DNA of 62,065 nt, filler included, from Choristocarpus tenellus KU-1152 (taxonomy: Eukaryota > Protista > Phaeophyceae): the NCBI GenBank assembly GCA_964200185.2. It is 12 parts of 12 records of this genome, joined end to end, with 100 filler letters (N's around TTAATTAATTAA, not from the genome) between each part and the next. Parts side by side here need not be neighbours in the genome. Positions count along the whole stretch, not along the records: positions 24,385 to 35,490 come from CAXNAD020002501.1; positions 35,591 to 39,920 come from CAXNAD020015089.1; 10 more parts are not named here. One strand, 5' to 3'. The translations under genes were made by a program, and so were the position numbers. The stretch's first letter is position 1; each line of letters opens with the position of its first letter. Positions 25,340 through 39,300 of the stretch are shown one piece after another. A model generated the notes under the pieces. It was not told where the DNA came from, ran no database searches, and saw nothing but the letters and a program-made list of their open reading frames with translations.

Positions 25340-27466
25340 CGCTCCTTCTCATCCTGGAACCGGAAGGGCAGTTCCACACCGTAGTCCATTGAGAGCTCAT
25401 CCACAAATTCCAGCTTTGCATGGACTACAGCTTCTTCGAGATCGTGGTAAAGTTCAATCCTTTTTGAGGTAGGTAAGGCAACACACAACAAGGTAGGAGG
25501 CAAGGAAAGGGGGGATAGAGAGGAGGGGAGAGGGGATAGAGATACTCCTGAGAACACCTCTCTCTCTCTCAAAAAGAAAATAAGGTACTAAGCACAGGGA
25601 GCACGCATGCACAATTTTGATGTGCCCCAACCAGCCTCAGCAGCACCACCAGAGCACCTCGCCCTCCCCCTGCTTCCAAAACACTCACTTCCCAGCTTCC
25701 ACCATCTCCTTGGCCCTTGCCTTTAGGAACAGTATGGCCTGCACACGCTTAAACTTGAGGCGGAACTCCGAGGCCAGAGCCTGAAAGGGAGGAGGATGGG
25801 AGGAAAAATATTTGAGGGAAGGCAGTGTCAGCAAAGTTTGGGCGTAGAGAAAATTTCAAGTGGATGGTAGTAATATCAAGATATAGGTCTTGGATAAAGT
25901 AGGGATGAGTAGGGAAGCATCAGGTGCGACTGACAGGCCAGTACCACTGGACCCAGAGAGGTAGAGGATGATGAGTGAGTGGTAGCTGAACACAGACTCT
26001 CAACCAGAGGGAGGAGAAGAACAACATTCCCTGTGATGTTTAGGAAAACCAATCATGACTCTAGCTCCTGCGATCCATCTACACACTCACCATCACAACA
26101 AGAACATAGCATGATTTGCAATAGAATGTCGAAAGGTTGATCACCCTGGCAAGAAATGACATATTGCTCATCAGTGTACATATCATAAGTCAAGCAGGAA
26201 CATTTTGAGGAGCCAACCCCATAAAGGCAACAAAACACCATTCCATTGCAATCCCTCCTCCATTTCCACCCTCGTAACTTAGTCTTGTTTTTTTCTTTTC
26301 ATTTTTCTCTCTTGGTCAGCATCCGCTGTAATAAACAGTACCATAGACTAGGTCTAGAACCCTTGCTGATCTGTGCATCCCGTAATGACAAAGAGCACGC
26401 ATTAGACCAATTGCCAAGCAAAGAGTTAAGGGCGTAAACAAGATAGATGTTGAAATATTACTGCATTCCCTCGTCGGTTGCTTGCCTCTACAGTCCATTT
26501 CTCTGGGTCCTCGTGGTGAAGTTGAAATATCTTGTTCTTTACGCGATCCGAGAGATGTCCGAGATTGATGTATGAGGGTAGCATATCTGGATCAGGCTCC
26601 CACTTCATTCGACACTTGTCCTGACAGGGAAGATAACGGTGGCGATCAAAAGTGGTGCGCAAAGGGGTGCATGACTGTAGAGCGTAGAGGCAGTGAGTGA
26701 GTGGGGGGAAAGCTAACGTTTGAAGGTAAGGCAATCGAAAGGGCTATGGCATGCCACAGGTTTAGCTTCGGGAGAGACCCCTTAGCATTGGTAGTGTGGG
26801 ATACTTACGGGAAGCAGTTTAACTAAACTTGAAAGTCTACTTGAAACATAAGACCTCTACGAATGGGCTCTATAATTATCCCTTTACATACCTCATCTGG
26901 GTCGTCTCGGTGCCACACGCGCTTTGCGTTCGGCCTGACCCTCTGCTTGCGTCTTCCTCTAGTTGAACCCCCCCTAGGACGTGCATCCGATGCATTTCCT
27001 ACACTCTCCTTATGCTCTGAAGTGCAGAAGGCGTTCTGCTGGGAGAAAGGCTAGTGTGATTGATACTGTGCCAGTCGACTGCATCACTACGGGTCGAAAG
27101 GTATCCTACGTTAGTTGATGAGAACTATGGAAACACAAACGCTAGGTGCACAAAAAACACACAGTATTGGTGAAGAAATCATGAAACTCGTAAGGTTACG
27201 ACTCTTGTAGGTCACTATCATTTTGGATGCTTGTACTCATCGATAAAGATACGAAATCAGTCGAAGCGACTGCCTACCAAACGAGAATGGTGCTTACTTT
27301 AACCATCAAACACTACACTACATCCACTAAACGAGGCAAAGACTCAGACCTTTGATGAACCCCCACTGCCAAGGAGAGATAGAGGAATCTTCATCGGCAT
27401 CCTACCTCTTCCCCCGAGCAACATACCCCCAACCCCGACAGAGCATCTACAGGCAATGCTTGCCAT
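25340..27466 (-). CDS. Probable mitochondrial ribosomal protein mS45 / Bot1p family (3' incomplete)
   Basis: Phase-consistent exons 27466-27350 (presequence-like, no acidic residues), 27038-26892, 26620-26486, 25780-25689, 25459-25340. Core LSDRVKNKIFQLH..DPEKWTVEALASEFRLKFKRVQAILFLK fits the Bot1p pattern. Confidence 0.7.
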
Positions 27467-27748
27467 GCTGTGAGCTTCTAGGTCGAAACCAGTAGAAGTC
27501 GTCAGGAAGCTGGATAACTCTCAGTTCTGAGAGGAAGGTTGTTTTGTGTACTGTTAGTTTTTGTGTTGGTAAATAGTATAATCGCGCGAGACACTTGTAT
27601 TTTGAGTATGATTTGGCGCGTGTGTGAACGCGCGGACCCATACTAAAAGCCCTATGGTTTCAGGTGTGTGGCTACAGCCACCAAAGGAAGGACCTTGCAT
27701 CTTCCACCCAGAGTCCCCCTGAGCCCCCTTCCGGCAGCAGGTGGAAAT

Positions 27749-30700
27749 ATGGCGGCCGAACTGGATGAAAGTGGATGGGAGGCGGCGGATACCACGCCCG
27801 TTGCCACAATGGCTGTTGAAGAGTCAGCTGTCTCCGATGTTAAGCTCTTCGGGAAGTGGTGAGTTTGGGCGAATGGGACCAACCAACCTTGACAGAGAGA
27901 TTGTAGGGAAGCATGGACAATACATTAAACCTGCTTCATCGGGTTGGAATAACGAACAAATATCGTATTTGAAGGTAGCAGGGACCTGTACAGGTTGCAC
28001 CTTCCTCGTGCCAATGTTGTTGACCCTGGTCATCGTGACATGTGTTGATGGTGTCCGATTTGGGACAGGACCTACTAATACCTTCCATGTGTGCCCTCCT
28101 TGTGGTGGATGAACAAGCAATCTGCACCATTTTTAGTTGTTCTCTACGTCTTACATCGCTAGACATGATGGTTGGGGCAAGTTAAGGGTTCTGTACTTGA
28201 ACAGAAGACCACAGCACGAGACGTTGTCCTCAACCGATTGGAGTGTAGTTTGCTTGCTTTGCAAGCGTCAATAGATGCCAAATCGAAAAGAACGAATTGA
28301 AAAAGACGTTTAAAGCTCGTTGGCGCAGTTTAATCAAGTCTTTGACTCCATGGTGGGTTCTGTGTCCAGTAGAGTACCAGTGAAAGACAAGTCACATGCG
28401 GTCTAGACTCTGCTCATCTCTCTATGTTTTTGATTATCTCTGTAAGAAAAAAGCATCCTCTTCACCCAATCCATCTGATGCCGAATTAAGTCAAGGCGCG
28501 TGCATTTCATGTGATCTCCCATCATGCTTATAATCTGTAGCCACAAAATGTATGTCTAGCGATCAGTTGAACAGGCACCATACTCGATGACCTCACCATC
28601 TTTTTCCGCACACATCTGCTATAAATGTGTCTCACTGCCTTTGCTTGGTTTTGTTGTGGGGCGTGCAGGACCTACGATGATATCGAGATCCGTGACATCT
28701 CTCTTGAAGACTACATCGCTGTCAAGGGCAAGTACGCCACCTTCTTGCCCCACACTGCTGGTCGCTACCAGAAGAAGCGCTTCCGCAAGGCTACCGTAAG
28801 TTCAAGTCACTATGTTGGAAAGTCAGAGAGAGCAAGAGATGCTATTCCTCTTTTAATATTGCCGTAGTACTCAAGCGTTCCCTCGTGTGTTTACTGTGTC
28901 TCAATTACACAATTTTCTTAATGAAGTTGCCAACCTGTAAATGCCCTTCGCGTGATGGTTCGCTATTCAGTGCCCTATTGTGGAGAGGTTGACGGTGTCG
29001 CTCATGCGCAAGGGGCGTAACAGCGGTAAGAAGCTAATGGCGGCGCGAATCGTGAAGCACACTCTGGAGATCATCCATCTTCTTACTGACCAGAACCCAG
29101 TGCAGGTTTGTATACATCAACATTTCTCTCAGCTCGCATGGTATTTTTCCCAAGCATCTGGTGTTACGATAAACGACAGGGGTATTCTACAAAGAGTTAT
29201 TTTCCTGCGTAGAAGAGAAGCGTATGACGTGTTGCTGATCTTGCCCTGTAGGCTATACATCTTCCATTTTTGAAAAAGAATGTTTGCACCTGGAGATCTG
29301 GTGTGAAAAATGGTTAGACCTCTTGACTGTATGGTTTATGTTATCATTTTGTAAAGTACATAATCGTTCCTGCCCCTAGCTGAGAGTGATCTGCCTGAAG
29401 GAAGAGATCAATGTGCAGAGCGCTTTGTCTTCAACAGTAGAGAAGTGAGAAGGCTGTGTAGTATAAAGAATTATGCCTCATGTGCAGTCCAGGCCAGGAC
29501 GAACCGCTTGAAAAGTGAACTGCACTTGTAGGTTCTCCGTCGAAGTGATTTATCCCCACTCTGTTCAGACATCATTTATCTGAAATAGACCAAAAATGGA
29601 AGGTGGCTGGCTGTTCAACAGGGGTTTTCCCTCTCTCTCATAGGATGGTCAGGTATTGAAGAAATCAAAATAAGGGTGCACCCTCTGGAGTAAACCTCCT
29701 CCTCCCAAGCAATATACCAAGGGCGCCCTATTCATTCCCCTCTCACATCTTGTAGGTGCTTGTTGACGCTGTAATCAACTCTGGGCCCCGTGAAGACTCC
29801 ACACGTGTAGGGTCTGCCGGTGTGGTCCGTCGCCAGGCTGTGGACCTGTCCCCCTTCCGCCGGGTGAACCAGGTACTTCATCGGCAATGAACAAAAAATT
29901 GTTGGAGGTGGTGGCTGATGGTGTTTGGAATTTGATGGTTTTATACTTGGACCTTTTTGTGGTGTTTTGGCTGATGTTTAGAGTGGTTTGAAAATTGGTT
30001 AGGAAAAGGGTGATACTGCATTGCAACAAGAGCTAGCTCATTGGGGTATATTGTGCATCTGTATGACTTGACTTGTGCACGTTGATCATGTTTATTTTAC
30101 TGACTGCTTTTGGTTACTTTTTTCTTTGAACTATTCCATGCTCACTGACCCGAACTGAATCTATATTGTTGTATTTCCTGTATATTGTTTCTTTTCTGGT
30201 TAGGCGTTGTACCTTATCACCACTGGTGCGCGTGAGTCGTCCTTCCGGAACATCAAGACGATCGCTGAATGTCTGGCGGATGAGATCATCAATGCAGCCC
30301 GTGGATCATCCAACTCCTATGCCATCAAGAAGAAGGTGTGTGCGTGTGGGTTTGACTTAGTTTGCAGGTCACTGTTCATAAACTGAAATGCTTCATTTAG
30401 AGAGTTGGACCATTTTCCAAGTTTTTTGTTTGTAGTGGGTGTTAATTTCACATTTAGACTGGCCCCCCCCCCAAATGGGAGTGGTGTAGTGGTGTAGTTG
30501 ATCCATCATGACTTCCTGTTAGAGATTGTAAGTGAGTTTTTGTGTAAGAAGGGTTCCCTGTAAGGGTCACTGGTACTATTGTATGGGTGTATGGACACGG
30601 TTGAATTGTGGCATGAGTTTTCTAGTTAATACTTTCTTGTGCGTGAATTTATAACCAATGCATGCTTACTTACCTCAACCTTCAACACAGCCCAGTTTGT

Positions 30701-31218
30701 AGCTAATTTTTAATATCGGAGAGTGTGGTGCCTCTCACCACAGGTCGGTTTGATTGCCAGGGGTGAGTAGAGGAAATGCGGGCACTTAATACATGAGGTT
30801 GGAAACACTTTTTCTATTCTACTCTGTTTATATTGGGTGGTCGGTCTGAAGATCCGGCATATTTGGTTGTGTGGTAATACATACTGTCTCTTCAGAAAAG
30901 AGGGTGAGGCTGGGAGTCACAAAATTGTGTTCATAGTGTTCCGCATCTGCAGGGGTTAATGTAGTTCACCTCCATCAACACTCTACATAAAAGAGTACAG
31001 TACACCCTGAGAAAGATCTGAGATGGAAGGTAGAGATTTTTCATATTTTGTGGTCCTGCCATGCAAAAAGTGTAGGAAGCATTTTTTCTGTAAGTACATA
31101 GAATCGTACTTACATGTCCCATTAATCAACCCTCCTCCACTTGATTCCTGTTGAATTCTGTGAAAATTTGTTCTTCCTTCAGGATGAGATTGAGCGTGTG
31201 GCCAAGGCAAACCGGTAG
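27749..31218 (+). CDS. RPS5: 40S ribosomal protein S5 (uS7), complete, 218 aa
   Basis: Exons 27749-27858, 28669-28795, 28971-29105, 29756-29872, 30204-30335, 31183-31218, all GT-AG. Motifs [55 protein letters not shown]. Confidence 0.98.
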
Positions 31219-34200
31219 ACCATGAAGGATTGCTGCAAGTTCCTGCCACCTTTCAACTGCCATTTCTGGAATATTGTTTACAACAGCAGCTGTTAGAGAA
31301 ATCTTTGGGTGAGGAGGGAGAGGCAAGTGATACAATCACCTTTTTTCCATTGCTCGAGTAGGTGTTACCGCTTCTTGCTACAGGCATATTCTGGACTTGG
31401 AAACCATCAATAGGGTGGAGTGGAGTGAGGGTGGAGGGGTGGGGGAAGCAGGGACATTAATGGGAAGGACGGGGGACTAAGACACTCTTCTCTTGACTTC
31501 GAAGTCTGAGCTGGAGTTTAGTAATCGAAGACATAAACAGAGAAAGTGTCATGTGGCACTTCAGTGCCATTGTCTACTTTGCACAAACCACTTCTGCTGT
31601 TGTGCTGAGCGCACTTGCTAATGGCCGCAGCTGGATGTTTCCTCTTGTTAAATGCAAATCATTTCTTTTGTTGAACTCTTACTTGTCTGAATACATGGTG
31701 CGGGCATGGTTGATTGAGTGCAAAGTATTTTCTCTCTAAAGGACTGCTGAAACAATCGAGATTGGTAAGTGGAGAAGTCTGGATGACAAGCGCCTCGATT
31801 GAGGAATGAAGTGTAGGGCAAGAATAATTCATTGTTCAATCGACACATGCAGCAGGTTCCTTGCCAGTCGAACATCCCCACGACTAGTTCTACATGATTT
31901 GGTATCTTGACTTTCCTCCAGTGTTCATAGTTAACAATATATTGACTTGTGAGGATGAGCAGCCCATGTCATCATCAGCACTGAATTAGTTGTAATTTGT
32001 ACATAAGGATGGGGATATTGACACACCTAGTGGCAATGCTTATACCACAGAATTGTGACTGTTCTTGTCACGCTAGAAAGGTTAGTTGCTTTCGCTCTGC
32101 AAATTTTGTCAACCCGTGCTAGGTAATGGCATGCTTAACTTCTTTATCGTGTCAGTCCTTTTTTTTTCAGCTGTTAAGAGGTTTTGGAGATGTATGGGAA
32201 ATGTAGAGGGCTGTTTCAAGGGTGCTCACCAGACATGTACTTTTAGTAGGAGAAATAAGATCGTGTGTCAACCCTGTATTGTTCTTTGTGGGGGCTGTGT
32301 AGGAAGCAGCACGAGATTCACATGTGCGTCTTTTTGTAACGTACGAATGACCAATCATCCTTCAGCTTTATCGGTTTTTACGGAAGAACTAAGATTTTAT
32401 GTTTATATTTTGCAATGTTTCATACTTTGTGCCTGGAGCATTATCTCTGATCATGAAGGTCAAGTGCTATGTTGTGTTCGAGAAATACCCCCCTACTTAT
32501 TTTTTGGTGAATTTTTCACTTGCAATATGTTTGCCAGACCTTGAAAGGGAAGAAAAAACGGAGACTCCCCTCTGAAGCAATAGGGGCTGATCCCCCTAAT
32601 GAGGGTCCATACTGAGTGCTCACTGTTAGATGGTTCCACGCAAGGATCAGCTATCAGAGAGTTCAACTGACCCTGATGAATTTATGTGTGTGTTGTATTT
32701 TGAAATGCAAAGAACAGGAATTGCAGGACTTTATTGTTGAAAACAGTGCTGAGTATCTCCTGCGTACCGCTTTCAAGATGAAAATGGAAGGAACTTGCTA
32801 AGCTTGATGAAATAAAACTTCTGCTCTGGCATATTGAGTGGGCACACTTTGCTATTATTATGGAAGAAGAGACAAGTGAAAAATAGAGGAGTGTCATCCC
32901 ATCTTCTGGGAATCTTAAGGCCCTTATGACAGCGTTCTGGTCCATGTGTTTCAAACACTCTGGTTGACAATTTCTCGCTGAAGTCTGTGGATGAACTTCC
33001 GTCCTCTCTTTTGTAGCTCCGAGCACAGAAAGTAGGGCTTAGATATTTCCTACGCTTGTGGTGCTAGGTGGGAGGGTTTCAGTACCAATTATAATAGCCA
33101 TCCCAACCATGAAGGTTACTGCAATTGTGTCTGCATTCGAAAAAGCGCAAGGGATTGCCCCTACAAAGACTCCCTGCCGTATTCACATCCAGTGAGCAGA
33201 GATAGGATGCAAGGGATAGGGGAGGAGAATATCCTACAAATAAGTCCTTGTACGGAAGAGCCTAGCAATATATGGTGGGGGGGACAATTTGCTTCCACAC
33301 ACAAGCAACAAGGATTGACAGCTCGATCCCCATGTGTCTACCAAAAAGTACAACGGGGAAAACAGCAGCAAGGACTAATGGTCGTAGCCAAGGACCGAAT
33401 ATATAGTTGGCATGAACAAAATGGTTCATATTTGAATTACACCAAACTCCATAACTCCAAGGAGCCCAGGTTGGCAGAAATTATTATTGACATTTCAGGG
33501 TATGAGAAGAGGTAGACTGCTACTTCACATAGCATGTAAGAAGTGCACTGAAATGAAATTGGAATGGCTTCCCCAAAAACAAACCCCCTAGAGTCGGAGC
33601 GATAAGGTCTTATGCAGAAGCAACAACTCACCACCCTTGTACGTTAATTTGTACTGAAGTAGTCTAAGCTACTATAATATTGAACAATAACTTTGAAGCA
33701 TGTCACATCAGAGGGGTGATAATTTAGTGTGGCTCACACCATCTTCCTCTTGCACATAATATGGTAGGGAGTAATCCTTAACGAGGTCTACCATATTTTC
33801 TGCCCTACACTCAATAACTCTAATTTACTCTCACAGCCGACTGAACTGGAGGCGAGAGGGTGGGGTGAACTCGACTGCAACGTGATGAAAACTCAACAAT
33901 GATCGAATGAACACACACTCAGCGATAGATGACCTAGGTGCGCCATTGAGTCAGGGACCCCCTCGTTAAATTCTAGTAGCACATACAAGGGTTGAACGCC
34001 TCTGCTGCATATTTGCGTGAGTGGTAGCTTTGAATCAAGAAGACTTGCCCTAGATCAAGGTAAGGGGTATAAAATTGATGTTTGTTGAGTTGCTGCCTGT
34101 CATATCTACTTCTTGGTAATGGGGATGTCGCCCGTCAAAGTCTCCCACACTTTCTTGAAGAGTTGTCTAAAACGTCAAACAATAAACGGTACTATATAGC

Positions 34201-34559
34201 ATGCTAATACCTAGCACACCACACCCTTGAGGTCACTGATAGGATGGTACTGCACTGAGTGAGCTGGCGTTCGATATTCTCTCTGTATATTCCATGAGTG
34301 GATGGAGGACAAGAAGACCTGCCGGGGTTTTGTCTACTTCCTACTTCCGTGCCATAAGTCTGTGCCACGTTGTCCATAACTTTCGAAGATGCCGATGAAT
34401 TTCATCTCTGAAAGAAGGTTTGGAATCCTTGACGTATTTCTGGTTAGGGTCAGCTCTTTTTATTATTATTACTCCCCATCCATCACAAATGTATCAGCCA
34501 CAGAAACAGCCTTCATGTCTACCTTCGGCGTGTTTTCAAGCTAGCCAGACAACTGCCTC

Positions 34560-35460
34560 TTCCTTACCCCTCTGTGCTCCACACTGAAGTCATGTATCTA
34601 AGTATTTTATTGCACACCACAAAAAGGAGCTGCCAAGCCCTCTCAAGTGTGGTTTCATCGTACTCCCCATACTGTTTCTTAATGACCTTCATCTCCTCGA
34701 CGGACCCAAACCGCACCCCATCACCCAACATTTCAAAGACCTGAAGAAGCACAGGTGTGTGATAGTAATGCCGGGGGAGTTAGATGGCTGTGTCACAAGC
34801 CTAATCGACCACCTCTCAGTCTTCCCTGCCCCTGATAAGATTTCTGAGTTGCCCTTGCCCGTGTGGGGGGTGGCATCGTCTTGCTGAACGACAATGTGCT
34901 TCCCCTGCAACCAAGGCATCTTCGTCTTGAGTCAAAGTATCTTAAGAGGGTTGAGCTGTGTCCGTTTGGGGGCCAAAATCCAATCTTGCGATTTCGATGT
35001 AATTTCTGCAATCGTGTTTGTTAGGAGGCTTCAATATCCTTGTTCCGGACACATCTTGTCGTAACGTATATTGTACCTACTTCGAAATGTTTCAAAGTAA
35101 AATTTCATTTTTAAAAAACCGTGGGAAGCCAATCCCAAATGGACAAAGGACAAAACCCCTACCCTCTAATATACTTTCACTCTCATAATGGCAGGCAGTA
35201 ACTCCTCCTTGTACCACTTCCTGTACCATAAATGGTCTAAAGTACAGTCCTGCTCATACACATCCCCCCTATTATGGTTCTTGCTTGTCCAGTCTACCGT
35301 TTTTGGCGCACACACACACCTAACACCAAGCTTTCCATCAAAGTTGTGAGTCGAATCTGGGCGGGTGTTGGCTGCAATGATCATGGTTTCGGGGATATGA
35401 CTCTTGTGCTGCACAGTAGGGGACCCTGGAAAGTCGCTATCATCCTCATGCCGAAATACC
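34560..35460 (-). mobile_element. Tc1/mariner transposase relic interrupted by a MITE
   Basis: IIAANTRP..FDGKLG, ELLPAI[MITE]KTKMPW, VQQDDATPH...QPSNSP..LCFFRSLK, a degenerate form of QQDNAxPH...SPDLNxLDL. Confidence 0.85.
34929..35182 (-). mobile_element. MITE family A, complete, reverse orientation, inside mariner relic
   Basis: gagtcaaagtatctt...atactttcactc; flanks AAGA/ATGA in element orientation. Confidence 0.9.
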
Positions 35461-35471
35461 CTAACCCTTTC

Positions 35472-35490
35472 GGATCAAAGTATCTGGGGG
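35472..35490. mobile_element. MITE family B terminus at contig end
   Basis: ggatcaaagtatctggggg then gap. Confidence 0.6.
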
Positions 35491-35590
35491 NNNNNNNNNN
35501 NNNNNNNNNNNNNNNNNNNNNNNNNNNNNNNNNNTTAATTAATTAANNNNNNNNNNNNNNNNNNNNNNNNNNNNNNNNNNNNNNNNNNNN
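35491..35590. other. Artificial contig linker
   Basis: N44-TTAATTAATTAA-N44. Confidence 0.99.
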
Positions 35591-35639
35591 TTTTTTTTTT
35601 GTTTTTGTTGTTTTTTGTTGGGTGGGGTGGGTGGTGGTG

Positions 35640-35678
<39 letters not shown>

Positions 35679-36137
35679 GTTTGTCAGGAAAGAACACATC
35701 GTTCCATTTGTAATAATGCTTCTTATTTAGAGGTTCAACGTGTAATCTTTTGATGCGGCTGGATGGCACTCGACATAGCCCGTCGATTGAACGGTATTTG
35801 CGGGGGGGTTTGTTTAACAGGGGTGGCGATATCAGATAAGCATCTGAATTACGGTCTGGACACGGACTGTGGCGGGATGTAGGGGAATGCAACAGGTCTC
35901 AATGATAGACTTGTGCTTCTACCTATGTAAGTTATAGCTGTAGAAGGCCTACCGGTAGAGGGCCCTTCACTCCTGTACCAGGTGCCCTTCTACCTGGGTT
36001 GGCTATAGGGTTAGTGGAACTGTTGGTGAGACTGGAAATTGATTTGAACCTTCCACATGCTGTGGTCTGTCTGGGATTGATGGGATTGGGTTGATGGCAC
36101 AGGGCATTTCAAGGTAGTGTTCATGAATGCAAAGACA

Positions 36138-36140
<3 letters not shown>

Positions 36141-36195
<55 letters not shown>
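36141..36195. repeat. (AC)n microsatellite
   Basis: About 27 AC units. Confidence 0.97.
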
Positions 36196-36198
<3 letters not shown>

Positions 36199-36346
36199 GA
36201 AAATATGCGTTTATGACTGTGAGCGCACGCACACGCAAGGGTTTTTGGATCATTTTTATTTAAATGAAGGTTGTGGGCTTACATCGCAGCCTATTTATTT
36301 TTTTTGTTTATCTTTCTATTCATCTACATTTATTTATTTTTTAAAG

Positions 36347-39300
36347 GCGGAAGATACGGTGAGGGTGGAGAGGGAGCATACGGACGAATTGATTGGCTTG
36401 CTAAAGATGAAGGAAAATGAGTTCATGAAACTGCAATCGGAGGTGCAAGAGGGGTCGAGGTATGTCCACAGGGGGTACACCTTTTTGTGTTGGTATTGCA
36501 CACTCCAGATATGTTATTGAGACTGTCTCTTTAAGCCTATGTCTTCTGAAATCACAACTGGCTTTGGTTGGCAAGTTAGGGGGAGGGGGAGGAGGGGAGG
36601 GGGGTACCTTTTCTTGATGTTTTTATACTTAGCTTCATATTTCGAATTTTGAATTTGAGGTATGGTGGTGAATTGTGTGGCGCAGTTGTTGTGGTTGTGT
36701 ACTTAGGGTTAGGGTTGTGTTTGGGAGGTGAGTGATTGTCTTGGAGGGATTCATACAAAGAGGATGAGATGAGTTTCAAAGTTGGGTTGTGAGGCAGAGG
36801 GATTTGATCAGTTGGGACGGTGATGATTTTGGGAATGGTTACAGAGGGGGAGGTTGAGGAATGCTTGGGATACTTGGGAGGAAGGGGGAGAGAGGGAGTT
36901 AACTGGGATGAAAGGCGTTTTCCTGTTTGGGGTGGTGTAGCCTGCCTACATTTTAGGAAAATGTTTCTGTGTGGTGGATATAGTTGAAAGGATATCTGTG
37001 AATGATATTGCCGGTTGTGAGGCCATCAGCAGTGCCGTCCGTTGAAATATTTTATTTTTATTTTCACTGTTAAAATAAAATAAAACTTGTCATGATAGGC
37101 AATGAGGTCAACGTGGGTACTTTAAAATCTCTTAGGTGTTGGTTTGAGGACCAAGTGCTCCATGGCGGTATCATGAACACAGCCATGCTTTGCTGGTGGG
37201 TTGTGCTATGATAAGAACAACTTCAACTTCATGGTGCACAGATGTGTTCCCTCTACCTCTCCCTCCCTCTCTCCCCTGCTGATGCTTTCTCCCCTCCTTT
37301 TATTCCTCATAGTGTTATGGGGGTGAATAGGTTGAAGCAGACTCAAGTGACAGGCATGGATGCGAAGCCTGAGGTGGTGCTGCAGATTGCGCCTGCCGAA
37401 GATGTGGAAACCTTTGTGGGGGAGGGCAGGGAGTTGCTGCCGAGTGTTACGGAGGTGAGGTTTGTGTGCGGATTCAAAAATATTTACTAAAAGAATATTT
37501 AACGTCAAAAAATATATATAATATAAAAAAGGTGTGAATAGGAATGTAATGCAGTGTTTTGGTGTAACTGTTAGGATGACACCCGGAGTGGTAAAGAATT
37601 GGGGGTTTGTATGTCCTTGGGTGCTTCTTGAAGCGTGAGGATGAGTTTGTCGTTCCCTTGGGTCAGTACTTTTTTTTAATCTGGACCCTAACTAATACAA
37701 GTTCTGGCAGGAGAAAATGGAGTTAATGAAAATGAAGGCGTGATTGAATTACTAAAAAAAATGGTGTGGTGATGGTGGTGGTGCTCTTGTTGTGAACAGG
37801 AGACAGGTAAGCGGGCGTTGACTGACATCTCGGATGCAACTGCTGGCAGTGAGCCCAGTGCTTCTGAGCTATCCATAAGTATTTCCAGTCAGAAGAAGAG
37901 AACCAGGTGGGTCCAGGGAGAGGCTGGGGTTGGAGATAAATCACGAATATGGTCCAGGAGAGATACGGAGGGGAGAGGAGGGGGGGGGATAAGATGAGAT
38001 GGCTTGGATGGAGGAGGACTCCTCAACTTGTCGAGATTGCAACACCTTGACTAGATGATGTTGTGGTCGATGTCTACAGCAGAATTTGGAATGGTGTGAT
38101 GCTGGACGGGTTTTCAGTATTACCTCCCTAACTGGGGAAGAATCACATTTTCTGTTTATTTTTTCTGTGATGCGATGGTGTGGTCTGTTGAATCATAGAT
38201 TCAATTAACTTTTCCCCTGTTGAAAAAGAAAAAAAGCTGTTGTGCCCTTGGATGACAACAACAACAGCAACAGCAAAAAAAGTTTTCCCACAGGAATTTG
38301 TTTTGTTTTTTTAGCTGATGCTGTTTGCCACCTCTTCCACCGAGTGCGCCATAAATGTTTGTGCAACTCCCAGGTTGTATAGTAAATAGTGCACTCTAAT
38401 AACCCTAACCCTGATCCCCACCCTCCCTCCCTCTGCAAATGCTCTTGTGTGGGGCCAAATTTGTGTTGTTCTGGTTGGTTTGTACACCTGATAATCAACT
38501 AATTGTAGCATGATTCCCCGATCCAAGAAGTCGATGATACCCACTCCCAGAAGGGCTCAGGATGGACAACGCAGGTGGAGGAAGGCGTTTTGGTGTGAAC
38601 ACGATTTTTTAGTGGTTTGTTCTGGTGTCACTTTTGAAGCCTCTGATAGGGTTGGGGGTAGAGGGTTGGATTGGATTGGATTAGGTGGAATTTAAAGGGC
38701 TTTGTCGGAGAGGAGAGGGCTCCTGTAGATTTTATAGTGTGTAGAAAAGAAAGGATGGCAAGGTTAGGGTTAGGGTTAGCATCAAGTGTGGAGTTGGCTT
38801 ATCTCAATATATTAGAAGCAAGACGCATACCTTGGTGCCTGGAGAGGGGCCTGGGTATGACTACTCAGGTTGGTCCCGACTGAAGTGAAGGCAATAGTGA
38901 TGAATATAGAATCGACTTTAATGCCTAGTGGGATAATGTAGCCATTCTCCCTCATGAGTGAGGTACTGGTTTGGTTTGATTACTATTCTGCAGTATCTAG
39001 GTTGTTTTCAGTGTTCTTGTTTGGGACTCTGATGGTGCAAATAGTTGGGTAAATATCTCTACAGTGCACTGTATATATTTGAAGAATGCCTGGTCATGTT
39101 CAATGGGCACCTTCAATAAACGCTAACGAATTGTGTATGGGGAATCCATGTGTTGCCGGTGGTCTCTTTTCTGGTGGGAAAAACTTTTTTTTAAGTTAAA
39201 AAAAAAAAAGTAAGGCCAAAAGGTATTTGATGAGAGTAGTGATTTTGTAACACCACTCAGAACTAATAAGGTGTGTTGGGACTGTTGCTTGCATTCACTT

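Noticed and set aside
27859-31182. Intronic snoRNAs in RPS5 introns
   Set aside because: Some hairpins and partial C/D-like words, but no convincing paired box C/D with terminal stem or H/ACA layout. Needs an Infernal or snoscan search.
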